The notes under the pieces were generated by a model. That model ran no database searches and had not been told where the DNA came from. It saw only the letters and a list, made by a program, of their open reading frames with translations. From the NCBI GenBank assembly GCA_965662845.1, contig CBFIJD010000002.1, forward strand, positions 51,393 to 92,578: DNA of 41,186 nucleotides, written 5' to 3'. How positions within the stretch are numbered: the stretch's first letter is position 1; each line of letters opens with the position of its first letter. This document shows positions 8,901-17,628 of this stretch, piece after piece. A program made the translations under genes and the position numbers. Source of the DNA: an uncultured bacterium (GTDB lineage: Bacteria; SAR324; NAC60-12).

Positions 8901-9683
8901 TTAGGTTGCAGAGAAGAAGAAACGTAGCGTCTGGCGCAACGCCTCCGGTTGATCGACATGCAGCCAGTGCCCACAGTTTTTGAGCATCACGAGGCGATGT
9001 TGCGGGAACCACTGCTGGCGGGCGTCGTGATCTTCCGCGCGAAGGTAGTCGGAGTTTGCGCCCCCCACAAACAGCGTTGGCTTGGCGAAAGGCGGCAAGG
9101 TCGGGGCGGTAGGAAAGTCCATGATGTTGGGGAGCTGAGCTTCGAGCGTCGGCAGGTTGAGTCTCCAGCGCGGCTCCGGACGAAGGTCGAGATTCTTGAG
9201 TAAAAACGCCAGCGTTTGCAAGTTTGGAATGGAATCTTGTAGCGCTTTTTGGACCTCGGCGCGTTTGCTGTCTGGTGTGAGCGGCACCGAGCGCAGCGCG
9301 TGGATCAGCTGCGCGTGACTTTGCTGATGCGCATAAGGCACTGGGGCAATGTCGCCGACAATCAAACGCCGAATCCGCTCTGGATGTCGCAACGCCAGCT
9401 GCATCGCAGTCTTGCCTCCCATGCTGTGTCCCAACAGCGTTACCTCGCGCAGCGCATGCTCCTCCAAAAAACGCAACACGTCGGCAGCGAGCAACGGATA
9501 ATTCATCTCGTCGGTGTGGGGGGACTGGCCGTGATTGCGGAGATCAACCAACCAAATGCGAAAGTCCTCCTCAAAAAATTTGGCGAAGGTTCTCCAGTTG
9601 TTTCCGGAACCAAAGAGTCCGTGCAGCAGCACAAAGTCAGGCCCTGTGCCCAAGACATCAGAATGCAGAGAGACGGTGTTCAT
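8901..9683 (-). CDS. ybfF: Alpha/beta hydrolase, YbfF-like esterase
   Basis: LHGLFGSGNNW, DLRNHG, GHSMGGKTAM, DIAPV and GHWLH. Confidence 0.85.
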   Translation of the reverse strand: MNTVSLHSDVLGTGPDFVLLHGLFGSGNNWRTFAKFFEEDFRIWLVDLRNHGQSPHTDEMNYPLLAADVLRFLEEHALREVTLLGHSMGGKTAMQLALRHPERIRRLIVGDIAPVPYAHQQSHAQLIHALRSVPLTPDSKRAEVQKALQDSIPNLQTLAFLLKNLDLRPEPRWRLNLPTLEAQLPNIMDFPTAPTLPPFAKPTLFVGGANSDYLRAEDHDARQQWFPQHRLVMLKNCGHWLHVDQPEALRQTLRFFFSAT

Positions 9684-9985
9684 GAGGCGTCAAGTTCGCG
9701 GAGGCGATCAAGGGATGCAGGATCAGGGTGCTGGATGGTGAAGGTTTTGGCGCGGGACGTTTGGCCGTGCAGCAGCGCCACCTGTCTCTTGGGCACTTGG
9801 AAGAACTTTGCCAAAAACGCGAGACAAGCTTGGTTCGCTTGGTTTTCCAGCGGTGGCGCGGCGACACGCAGCTTGAGACGCTCTCCATGTCGTCCGGACC
9901 ATTCGGTGCGGGAGGCGCTCGGCTGCACGTGTACAGCGAGGCGCAGCGTGGGTGGGTTCCACTCCCAAAGGTGGTCGTCTGGCAT
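9680..9985 (-). CDS. yggU: DUF167 / UPF0235 protein (YggU-like)
   Basis: VHVQPSASR, LKLRVAAPP...AN and GQTSRAK. Confidence 0.9.
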   Translation of the reverse strand: MPDDHLWEWNPPTLRLAVHVQPSASRTEWSGRHGERLKLRVAAPPLENQANQACLAFLAKFFQVPKRQVALLHGQTSRAKTFTIQHPDPASLDRLRELDAS

Positions 9986-10941
9986 CAGTAATTGGCAGCG
10001 AGGTCCATGCCCTTGTAGAGAGGGGCGACTTCGTCCCCGTAGCCGTTGAACATCAGCGTGTCAATCTTCTGAAAGAACCAGCTGCCGACAGGGCGCTCTC
10101 GGGCTTGTGACCAGCGGGGATGATCGACGTTGGGGTTGACGTTGGCATAGAAGCCATACTCGCGAGAGGCCATCTCCATCCACAAGCTCGTCGGTTGGAC
10201 GTCGGTGAATTCAATCCGTTGGATGGATTTGATGCTCTTGAAGCCATATTTCCACGGCACCATCAGGCGCACCGGCGCGCCGTTTTGGTTCGGGAGTGGT
10301 TTGCCGAAGACCCCCGTCACCATCAAGGTGAGGTCGTGGTTTGCTTCGTCGATGCGTAACCCCTCCGTGTAAGGCCAAGGGTACATGCGGTTCTTTTGGC
10401 CGGGCGCGTTGTCAGGGTCATCAAATGAGAGGAATTTGACATACTTGGCGGAACCCAGCGGCTGGACTTTGTCGATCAACTTGCGCAGCGGAAAGCCATC
10501 CCAAGGCACGACCATCGACCAAGCCTCCACACAGCGAAAGCGGTAGACGCGCTGTTCGATGCCAAATTCTTTCACGAGGTCGTTGATGTCGACTTTCATT
10601 GGATTTTGCACCATCCCGCCAATTTCTAAGGCCCAAGGTTCGGGTTCCCAGTCGGCGGCTTTTTCTTTCACGGCTTCTTTGTTCAGGCTGAACTCGTAAA
10701 AATTATTATAGCCTGTGACGTACTTCTCTTCGGTGATTTGCTGGTCGGGAAAGGAGTCAAAGTTGGAATTGCGCTCGCTAGGGAAGCCGGCGGTCGCTGC
10801 GGCCAGCGGGTGCGCGAGCAACATCGAAGCGCCGGCAAAGCCTGCCGCTTTCAAGAGCTGACGGCGATTCCAAAATTGTTCTTCAGGCGTACAAGCTGAC
10901 TCGGGGAGATACCACGAGGGGCGTGGATGAAAAGAGGGCAT
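9985..10941 (-). CDS. msrP: Protein-methionine-sulfoxide reductase catalytic subunit (molybdoenzyme)
   Basis: Tat motif NRRQLLK; YNNFYEF, RFRCVEAWSMV, QNGAPVRL, PWKYGFKSIK and NVNPNVDHPRWSQA. Confidence 0.96.
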   Translation of the reverse strand: MPSFHPRPSWYLPESACTPEEQFWNRRQLLKAAGFAGASMLLAHPLAAATAGFPSERNSNFDSFPDQQITEEKYVTGYNNFYEFSLNKEAVKEKAADWEPEPWALEIGGMVQNPMKVDINDLVKEFGIEQRVYRFRCVEAWSMVVPWDGFPLRKLIDKVQPLGSAKYVKFLSFDDPDNAPGQKNRMYPWPYTEGLRIDEANHDLTLMVTGVFGKPLPNQNGAPVRLMVPWKYGFKSIKSIQRIEFTDVQPTSLWMEMASREYGFYANVNPNVDHPRWSQARERPVGSWFFQKIDTLMFNGYGDEVAPLYKGMDLAANY

Positions 10942-11240
10942 GGGTCAAACTCCAAGGCATGAGGGACAGTAGGATAACGCGAAAACGTAAGCTTTCATTG
11001 AATCACGTTCTGAGCACAGATGCAGCAACAGAGGTGTTTTTTGCAGATTCTGTTGTCATAGGCACAAACTACAAACCGCAGTCTCTGGGCAACATGGGCG
11101 CCTTGCTGCCCTGCACCCCAAAGTGGCCAAGGAGGTCGCACAGACTTGCCGACTCTGTGGCCGTCTTCAGCGGTTCTGCGCAGAGGCAGCTTGTTCGCGC
11201 TAGAGCTTTCGTGTCGTTTCCTAAAAATGAAGGGCTTGCC

Positions 11241-11873
11241 ATGAAAAAATGGATTTTGTTGTTGGTTGTGCTGGGGGTGCTGCTGTCTCAGCATCGGTGG
11301 TGGCTGAGAGCCTACGCGGAGTTTTTTACCGTGGATCAGTACTCCAGCGGCGCCGACGCGATCGTCGCTCTGTCAGGAAATCCGATCACCCGCTTGCCTC
11401 ACGCCTTCTCGCTACAGCAGGCTGGAGTGGCCCCGGTGGTGCTGCTCACGGAGGAACGCCCACGCAACCAGCGCTTTGCGCACCTGCGCCCAACGAACGC
11501 TGACTACGCGCGGGCGATCCTGCAAGAGATGGGGCAAGAGCTGCCTTTCCGCACTGTGCCATCGCTCTCGGGAGGCGCGGTGTCTACGTTTGATGAAGCG
11601 TACGACTTGTTGGATTATGCCCGACGGCAAGGGTGGACGCGCGTGGTGATCGTGACAGATGCCTTTCACACACGCCGCGCGAGGTTGGCGTTTGAGAAGG
11701 TCTTCCAGGGCAGCGGCATCCGCATTGAAATGGCCGCCGCGCCCAACGATATTTTTCACGAGGAGAACTGGTGGCAGTCCGATTTGGGGCTGCAAGTTTA
11801 CATCACGGAAGGCATCAAATATCCCGTGTACTGGCTCACAGATCGCAATACGGACTGGGTGCGCAACGACTAG
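11241..11873 (+). CDS. YdcF/DUF218 (ElyC/SanA-like) envelope protein
   Basis: N-terminal anchor, ADAIVALSG, STFDEA and VIVTDAFHTRRA. The start was trimmed to ATG 11241. Confidence 0.88.
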   Translation: MKKWILLLVVLGVLLSQHRWWLRAYAEFFTVDQYSSGADAIVALSGNPITRLPHAFSLQQAGVAPVVLLTEERPRNQRFAHLRPTNADYARAILQEMGQELPFRTVPSLSGGAVSTFDEAYDLLDYARRQGWTRVVIVTDAFHTRRARLAFEKVFQGSGIRIEMAAAPNDIFHEENWWQSDLGLQVYITEGIKYPVYWLTDRNTDWVRND

Positions 11874-11984
11874 ACCTCTGCGCTGGGAGCGCCTGCGTTT
11901 GTCGTCCGCTTCTCATTGGGCCGGAGTTCGTCGACAAGCGCAGGGACCGCGTCTGCGGTCTTCTTTGGGGGCGAGTGTGTCTGT

Positions 11985-12992
11985 TCAGACTTGGTAATAG
12001 TCGCGATACCAGCGCACAAAGTTCGCGATTCCGGTCTCGATGGGGGTGTTGGGGTGATAGTCGACGTCTTGGACGAGCGCCTCCACGTCCGCGAAGGTTG
12101 CGGGGACATCGCCGGGCTGGATGGGCAGCATGAGCTTCTCTGCCGATTTTCCGAGCGCCTCTTCCAACACTTCGATGAAGCGCAGCAGCTCTACGGGTTG
12201 GCTGTTTCCAATATTATAGATTCGATACGGCGCATTGCTGCTGGCTGGATCCGGCTTTGCACCAGTCCAATGATCGTCTGGCGCTGGAACCCGATCTGTC
12301 ACGCGCATGACGCCCTCCACGATGTCATCCACATACGTGAAGTCTCGCTGCATCTTTCCGTGATTGAAAACCTTGATGGGGTCGCCATTCAAAATCGCTT
12401 TGGTGAACAAAAACAGCGCCATATCGGGGCGTCCCCAGGGACCATAGACCGTGAAGAAGCGGAGACCGGTGGTCGGCAACCGGAACAGGTGACTGTAGGT
12501 GTGAGCCATCAGTTCATTCGACTTCTTGCTGGCGGCATACAAGCTGACAGGGTGGTCCACATTTTGGTGCACGCTGAAGGGCATCGTGGTGTTTGCGCCA
12601 TAGACCGAGCTGCTCGAGGCGTAGACCAGATGAGGGACGGCGCGGTGGCGACAGTTCTCCAAAATGTTCAAAAAGCCCACAATGTTCGCGTCGATGTACG
12701 CTCGCGGATTTTCAAGGCTGTAGCGCACTCCGGCTTGGGCCGCCAAGTTGACAACGCGGTCAAAGGGGCGGGCGGCAAACACGTGCTCTAGCGCGGAGGT
12801 GTCGGCCAAGTCGACTTCGGCAAAGGTGAAGCCCGGCTTGGTTTCTAATTGACGCAAGCGGCTGCGCTTGAGCGCCACATCGTAATAGTCGTTCAAATTA
12901 TCCAGCCCGACGACAGTGTCGCCTCTCTCGAGCAAACGAAGGCTCAGATGAAAGCCAATAAACCCAGCGGCGCCAGTGACGAGGATGTGCAT
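11985..12992 (-). CDS. NAD-dependent epimerase, UDP-glucuronate 4-epimerase type
   Basis: [17 protein letters not shown], catalytic YAASK and [14 protein letters not shown]. Confidence 0.95.
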   Translation of the reverse strand: MHILVTGAAGFIGFHLSLRLLERGDTVVGLDNLNDYYDVALKRSRLRQLETKPGFTFAEVDLADTSALEHVFAARPFDRVVNLAAQAGVRYSLENPRAYIDANIVGFLNILENCRHRAVPHLVYASSSSVYGANTTMPFSVHQNVDHPVSLYAASKKSNELMAHTYSHLFRLPTTGLRFFTVYGPWGRPDMALFLFTKAILNGDPIKVFNHGKMQRDFTYVDDIVEGVMRVTDRVPAPDDHWTGAKPDPASSNAPYRIYNIGNSQPVELLRFIEVLEEALGKSAEKLMLPIQPGDVPATFADVEALVQDVDYHPNTPIETGIANFVRWYRDYYQV

Positions 12993-13056
12993 GTGCAATA
13001 ACCTAGGAAAGAGCGAAGTAACTAGATTGCTTCAATGGAAGCCTTGAAGGAGAGTT

Positions 13057-13224
13057 ATGAAGTTGTTGAAGTGGGTGTGGGATAACATCATCATGGATCG
13101 AATGTTGGTGTTGGTGTTCGTCGGGTTTGTGATCTTGCTGTTGGCTTGGTTTCTGGTCGAGTCCGGCTTTGACTGGCTCACGCCGTTTCGCGAGGCGTTT
13201 GACAATCGCCCAGCGGAGCCTTAA
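13057..13224 (+). CDS. Small single-pass membrane protein (55 aa), absent from the ORF track
   Basis: AAGGAG at 13047-13052, then ATG. Translation: MKLLKWVWDNIIMDRMLVLVFVGFVILLLAWFLVESGFDWLTPFREAFDNRPAEP*. Its TAA overlaps the dus stop (TTAA). Confidence 0.7.
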   Translation: MKLLKWVWDNIIMDRMLVLVFVGFVILLLAWFLVESGFDWLTPFREAFDNRPAEP

Positions 13225-14180
13225 CTCGCGCGAGCCAGCACTTCGGCTTCTGGAGGCAAGTCACGGATCGCGCGCATTTGAGTCAAGAACTCTTGCTCGG
13301 TCTCGCAAGTCATCAGCCCCTTGCGCCACTCTTTGGCGTTGCGGAAGCCTTGCACATATTCCCCCAAGTATTTGCGGAACTCTTTGAGGGCGCGCCTCTC
13401 TGGTTGGAAAGCCCGCAGCAGCTCATAATGCCGCAACGCGGTGCGGGTTCGCTCGTGCAAGTTTGGGCTCCCATGCACGCGCTCATCGCGGAAGACCCAG
13501 GGATGGCCGATGGCCTTGCGCCCAATCATAAAGCCATCCAAGTTTTGCATCCGCCGCAGGCCGTCGCTGTAATTTTCTACGTCGCCGTTGCCGACCACAG
13601 GAATCGAGAGGTGCTCTTTGAGCGCGTAGATCGGCTCCCAGTCTGCGGAGCCCCTGAAGGACTGTTTGTAGGTCCTGCCATGAATCGTCACGAGAGACGC
13701 GCCCGCAGACTCCAAGCGTTGGGCAAACGCGATCAAGTCGTCCGCATCTTCCCAGCCCAAGCGCGTCTTCACGGAAACTTCTAGCGAGCAGGCGCTGCGA
13801 ATCGCTTCAATGATGCGACAGGCGCCGTCGGGATCTTTCATCAGCGCGCTGCCGTGCTGCGAGTTGACAATCTTTTTGGAGGGACAGCCCATGTTGATGT
13901 CCACTCCCATGATGCCTCGGTCTTCCACCATCCGAGCCGTCTCGGCAAAGGCGGCGGGGTCGCTGCCAAAAAGTTGCATGAAGAAGGGATGTTCGCTGGG
14001 GTGGTAATCGAGGCGCTCTCGCACACGGTCACTACGGATCAATCCTTCTACACTGGTGAACTCGCTGAACAGAATCGCATGCGGACTGATGCTGCGCACA
14101 ATTTGACGGTAAGCGGTGTTCGTGATGCCATCCATCGGGGCGAGGCAAACGAGCGGGCGAGGAAATTCAGACCATTTCAT
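13221..14180 (-). CDS. dusB: tRNA-dihydrouridine synthase (DusB-like)
   Basis: LAPMDG, QLFG, DINMGCP, SVKTRLGW, TIHGRT, GNGD and MIGR. Confidence 0.9.
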   Translation of the reverse strand: MKWSEFPRPLVCLAPMDGITNTAYRQIVRSISPHAILFSEFTSVEGLIRSDRVRERLDYHPSEHPFFMQLFGSDPAAFAETARMVEDRGIMGVDINMGCPSKKIVNSQHGSALMKDPDGACRIIEAIRSACSLEVSVKTRLGWEDADDLIAFAQRLESAGASLVTIHGRTYKQSFRGSADWEPIYALKEHLSIPVVGNGDVENYSDGLRRMQNLDGFMIGRKAIGHPWVFRDERVHGSPNLHERTRTALRHYELLRAFQPERRALKEFRKYLGEYVQGFRNAKEWRKGLMTCETEQEFLTQMRAIRDLPPEAEVLARAS

Positions 14181-14273
14181 AGCGGTGTTTTGCTTTTGAA
14201 TTCGAAAAAAATCGAAAATCTATCACAGGTAGCGTCAAATTTCAGAGAGTTTGCTTGTGATTTACTAAAAAGC

Positions 14274-14302
14274 TTGAGCCTGCAAAATCGCTAGTCTAGG
14301 TT
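14274..14302 (+). promoter_or_regulatory. Possible sigma70 promoter for phaR
   Basis: TTGAGC-N17-TAGGTT in an AT-rich divergent intergenic region, followed by a GAGGA ribosome-binding site. Confidence 0.3.
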
Positions 14303-14338
14303 TCCGCAACTTAAATTATTGACTTTACTGAGGAATGC

Positions 14339-14893
14339 ATGGCCGGTCGAGGCGCAAACTCCAACGTCATTACCATCAAAAAGTATTCAAATCGGCGTCT
14401 GTATGACATGACGCACAGTCGCTACCTGACGATTGACGAGCTCGCCAATCTGATTCGGGAGGGCTACGACGTGCAGGTCATTGACTCGAAGACCAAAGAT
14501 GACATCACTCAGGCAGTGCTCACGCAGGTGGTCCTTGAGCGCAACGGGGTCTACTTATTCTCAACGACGTTTTTGCATCAGATCATCCGCAATCGAGATG
14601 GTATCCTCGGTGAGTTCTTCACCGACTTTGTGCCAAAGATGCTCGACTCCTATCTCGACACGCGGGACGCGATGCGCCGTCAGCTCTCGAATTTTACGTC
14701 GCCATGGCTGATGGGAGGAGAGATGAAGATGCCGTTCATCAACCCTTTTATGGGGATCGATCCCGGGCGTCGCCCGATAAGCAAGCCCACCGCCTCGGCC
14801 ATGAGTGATGAAGAAGCAAAAGAAATTGAGCTCGCCCGCCTCAAAGCGCAGATGCAACAGCTTCAAGCCCGCATTGAAGAACTCGACCGCTGA
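14339..14893 (+). CDS. phaR: PHA synthesis regulator (PhaR-type DNA-binding domain)
   Basis: IKKYSNRRLYD...SRYLT and VIDSKTKDDITQAVLTQ; C-terminal coiled coil. Confidence 0.85.
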   Translation: MAGRGANSNVITIKKYSNRRLYDMTHSRYLTIDELANLIREGYDVQVIDSKTKDDITQAVLTQVVLERNGVYLFSTTFLHQIIRNRDGILGEFFTDFVPKMLDSYLDTRDAMRRQLSNFTSPWLMGGEMKMPFINPFMGIDPGRRPISKPTASAMSDEEAKEIELARLKAQMQQLQARIEELDR

Positions 14894-14927
14894 CACCTTC
14901 CCCCTTCAACCTACTCGATAAGCTATC

Positions 14928-16358
14928 ATGCAATTTGAACCTGTCATCGGGTTGGAAATCCACGCCCAACTCGCCACGCAATCCAAAATCTTTTGCGCTT
15001 GTCCTACCAAGTTTGGCATGTCACCCAACGCCAGCACTTGCCCAGTGTGTTTGGGACTCCCCGGCGCCTTGCCTGTCTTGAATGAGCGCGTCGTCGAATT
15101 TGCGATCAAGCTAGGGCTCGCCACGCACTGCCACATCCGCTCTGACTCGCAGTTTGCGCGCAAGAACTACTTCTATCCCGACTTGCCGAAGGCTTACCAA
15201 ATCTCACAATTTGATCGCCCGATTTGTGAAAACGGCTGGATCGACATCGAAGTCGACGGCGCGATCAAACGCATCGGCATCACGCGGATCCACATGGAAG
15301 AAGACGCGGGCAAACTCATCCACGAAGAGGGCGGTGAGTTCAGTTATGTAGACTTGAACCGCGCAGGCGTACCGCTGCTAGAAATTGTGAGTGAACCCGA
15401 CCTCCGCACGCCTGAAGAGGCGAAAGCCTATATGGAAAAGATGCACTCCATTGTGACCTACCTCGGAGTGTGTGAAGGCGACATGGAGAAGGGGCACCTG
15501 CGCTGCGACGCCAACGTCTCACTGCGCCCCGTTGGACAAGCAACCTTTGGCACTCGCACCGAGACCAAAAATCTCAACTCCTTCCGCTTTGTGCAACAAG
15601 CCATTACCTACGAAATCGCTCGCCAAACCGACGAAATTCTTGACGGCAACCGCATCTTTCAAGAGACGCGCTTGTGGGACTCGGTGAAGAAGATGACCTA
15701 TAGCATGCGCTCTAAAGAGGAGGCGCACGACTATCGCTATTTCCCTGACCCCGATCTGCCTGTGGTGCAAGTCGCCCCCGATTTCGTAGAGAGCCTGCGC
15801 GCGCAACTTCCGGAATTGCCAGACGCTAAGAAGCAGCGCTTCATGGCTGATTTTGGCTTGAGCGCCTACGATGCAGGAGTTTTGGTTGCAGATCGTCAAG
15901 TCGCTGATTATTTTGAAGAAGTAACTACGCACAACGCTGACCCCAAATTAGCCTGCAATTGGGTGAGCGGAGAGTTGATGCGCCTGATGAACGAAAACAA
16001 ACAAGGGATTCGCGAGCTTTCGATTGCCCCCACGAAGCTGGCGGAGTTGATCCGCTTTGTGGAAGAAGGAACGATCAGCAATAAGATCGCTAAAGCAGTG
16101 TTTGAAGAGATGATCGCAACAGACCAAGCGCCAGCTCAGATCATTGAAGCCAAAGGTCTGCAACAAATGTCTGACACGGGCGAGCTGGAGCGGATGATCT
16201 CGGCGCTGATAGAAGCCAACCCAGAGCAAGTCGAGCAATTCCGCGCAGGAAAGACGCGGATCAAAGGCTTCTTTGTGGGACAAATCATGAAAGAGACAAA
16301 AGGAAAAGCGAATCCACAGATCGTGAACCAAATTCTGGAGGACAAACTGAATGGATAA
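14928..16358 (+). CDS. gatB: Asp/Glu-tRNA amidotransferase subunit B
   Basis: [29 protein letters not shown] and [10 protein letters not shown]. Confidence 0.99.
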   Translation: MQFEPVIGLEIHAQLATQSKIFCACPTKFGMSPNASTCPVCLGLPGALPVLNERVVEFAIKLGLATHCHIRSDSQFARKNYFYPDLPKAYQISQFDRPICENGWIDIEVDGAIKRIGITRIHMEEDAGKLIHEEGGEFSYVDLNRAGVPLLEIVSEPDLRTPEEAKAYMEKMHSIVTYLGVCEGDMEKGHLRCDANVSLRPVGQATFGTRTETKNLNSFRFVQQAITYEIARQTDEILDGNRIFQETRLWDSVKKMTYSMRSKEEAHDYRYFPDPDLPVVQVAPDFVESLRAQLPELPDAKKQRFMADFGLSAYDAGVLVADRQVADYFEEVTTHNADPKLACNWVSGELMRLMNENKQGIRELSIAPTKLAELIRFVEEGTISNKIAKAVFEEMIATDQAPAQIIEAKGLQQMSDTGELERMISALIEANPEQVEQFRAGKTRIKGFFVGQIMKETKGKANPQIVNQILEDKLNG

Positions 16359-17046
16359 CGCTCGTCTGACACGCACACTGGAAATCTCATCTCTCGTAGC
16401 CGTGCTCGGCTGTGGGCTGTGGGTGTTTCTGTTTACTCCCATCGAGCTGGAACAAGGCTTTGTGCAGAAGATCATGTACATCCATGTCCCCTCTGTGATC
16501 GTCACCTACTTTGCGTTTTTTGTGACGTTCGCCTGCTCGATTGCCTATCTGTGGAAGCGCATTCTCACCTTTGATCGGATCGCGAAAGTCTCGGCAGAAA
16601 TTGGTTTGCTTTTCTGTGCGATGGTCTTGATTACGGGCGCGGTCTGGGGACGCCCGACCTGGGGAACCTACTGGGTCTGGGACGCGCGCTTGACCACAAC
16701 CCTCTTGCTTTTCTTAATCTTTGTCGGCTATTTCCTGCTACGCGCTTCGGTCTTTGACCGTGATAAGCAAGCCCGCTTTGCGTCGGTTGTGGGCATCATT
16801 GGTTTCCTCGACATTCCGATTATTCACAAATCGGTAGAGTGGTGGCGGACCCTGCACCAGCCTTCGACTCTCTTCAAGGTGCAAGACGGGGCTGCCAAAC
16901 CCGCAATGCCGCCGGAGCTGTTGTATCCCCTGATTGGTTGCATGCTGGCTATGCTACTCTTTTACGGCTACCTGCTGTTGCTACGCTGGCAAATGGAAGA
17001 CACTCATGACCAGTTGCAAGAAGCCATGGCTCAGGAGGGCTACTGA
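16351..17046 (+). CDS. ccmC: Heme exporter / cytochrome c biogenesis protein CcmC
   Basis: YIHVP, WWD motif [17 protein letters not shown] and [10 protein letters not shown]. Confidence 0.95.
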   Translation: MDNARLTRTLEISSLVAVLGCGLWVFLFTPIELEQGFVQKIMYIHVPSVIVTYFAFFVTFACSIAYLWKRILTFDRIAKVSAEIGLLFCAMVLITGAVWGRPTWGTYWVWDARLTTTLLLFLIFVGYFLLRASVFDRDKQARFASVVGIIGFLDIPIIHKSVEWWRTLHQPSTLFKVQDGAAKPAMPPELLYPLIGCMLAMLLFYGYLLLLRWQMEDTHDQLQEAMAQEGY

Positions 17047-17047
17047 C

Positions 17048-17188
17048 ATGCCACTCAATCTTGAGTATGTGCTGATTTGCTACGGTATTTGGGTCGCCGT
17101 CTTTGTCGTCTACATTCCGTGGATCAAGCGTCGTCAACAAACGTATCGCCGCTCTCTACAATCCTTTGACAAAACACATTCGTCATGA
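17048..17188 (+). CDS. ccmD: Heme exporter protein CcmD (46 aa)
   Basis: Small protein with a hydrophobic N-terminus (YVLICYG) and a basic tail, lying between ccmC and ccmE; ATGA overlap with ccmE. Confidence 0.8.
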   Translation: MPLNLEYVLICYGIWVAVFVVYIPWIKRRQQTYRRSLQSFDKTHSS

Positions 17189-17619
17189 AAACTCGACACA
17201 AGTTCGTGGTTGGCGGAGCCATCATCTTCGCCGTCATCGCCGCTCTGTCCGTACAAGGTCTCCAAGAGATGACCGTCTTCTTCTACACCCCACAAGAGGT
17301 GCTGGCCGCGCCGCGTGATTTTGAAGAGAAGACCATCCGCATCGGCGCGCTAGTTCATCCAGGGACAGTGGACTGGGACGCCCGCAATATCCGCCTCGCG
17401 TTTCACGTGACGGAAAACTCACAGCAAACGATCCCTGTGGTGTATCAAGGGCTCAAACCCGACATGTTTCGCGAAGGACAAGGCGTGGTCGTGGAAGGAC
17501 GCATGCACCAAGGCGTCTTCCAAGCCGATCAACTCCTCGTGAAGCATAGCGAAGAATACAAACTGGATCACAAAAACGTGCAGAACAAAGAAGACTACTA
17601 CAAATCTGTGATCCAATAA
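17185..17619 (+). CDS. ccmE: Heme chaperone CcmE
   Basis: FFYTPQE, PDMFREGQGVVVEG and heme-binding KHSEEY (HxxxY). Confidence 0.96.
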   Translation: MKTRHKFVVGGAIIFAVIAALSVQGLQEMTVFFYTPQEVLAAPRDFEEKTIRIGALVHPGTVDWDARNIRLAFHVTENSQQTIPVVYQGLKPDMFREGQGVVVEGRMHQGVFQADQLLVKHSEEYKLDHKNVQNKEDYYKSVIQ

Positions 17620-17628
17620 GCCCCCCGC

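Noticed and set aside
10942..11240. Moco riboswitch upstream of msrP, or a hammerhead ribozyme (CTGAAGA on the minus strand)
   Set aside because: No Moco consensus is recognisable, and the hammerhead GAAA core is missing at the required position.
11916..12791. 291-aa ORF antisense to the epimerase
   Set aside because: It lies almost entirely opposite a highly conserved gene and has no independent motifs.
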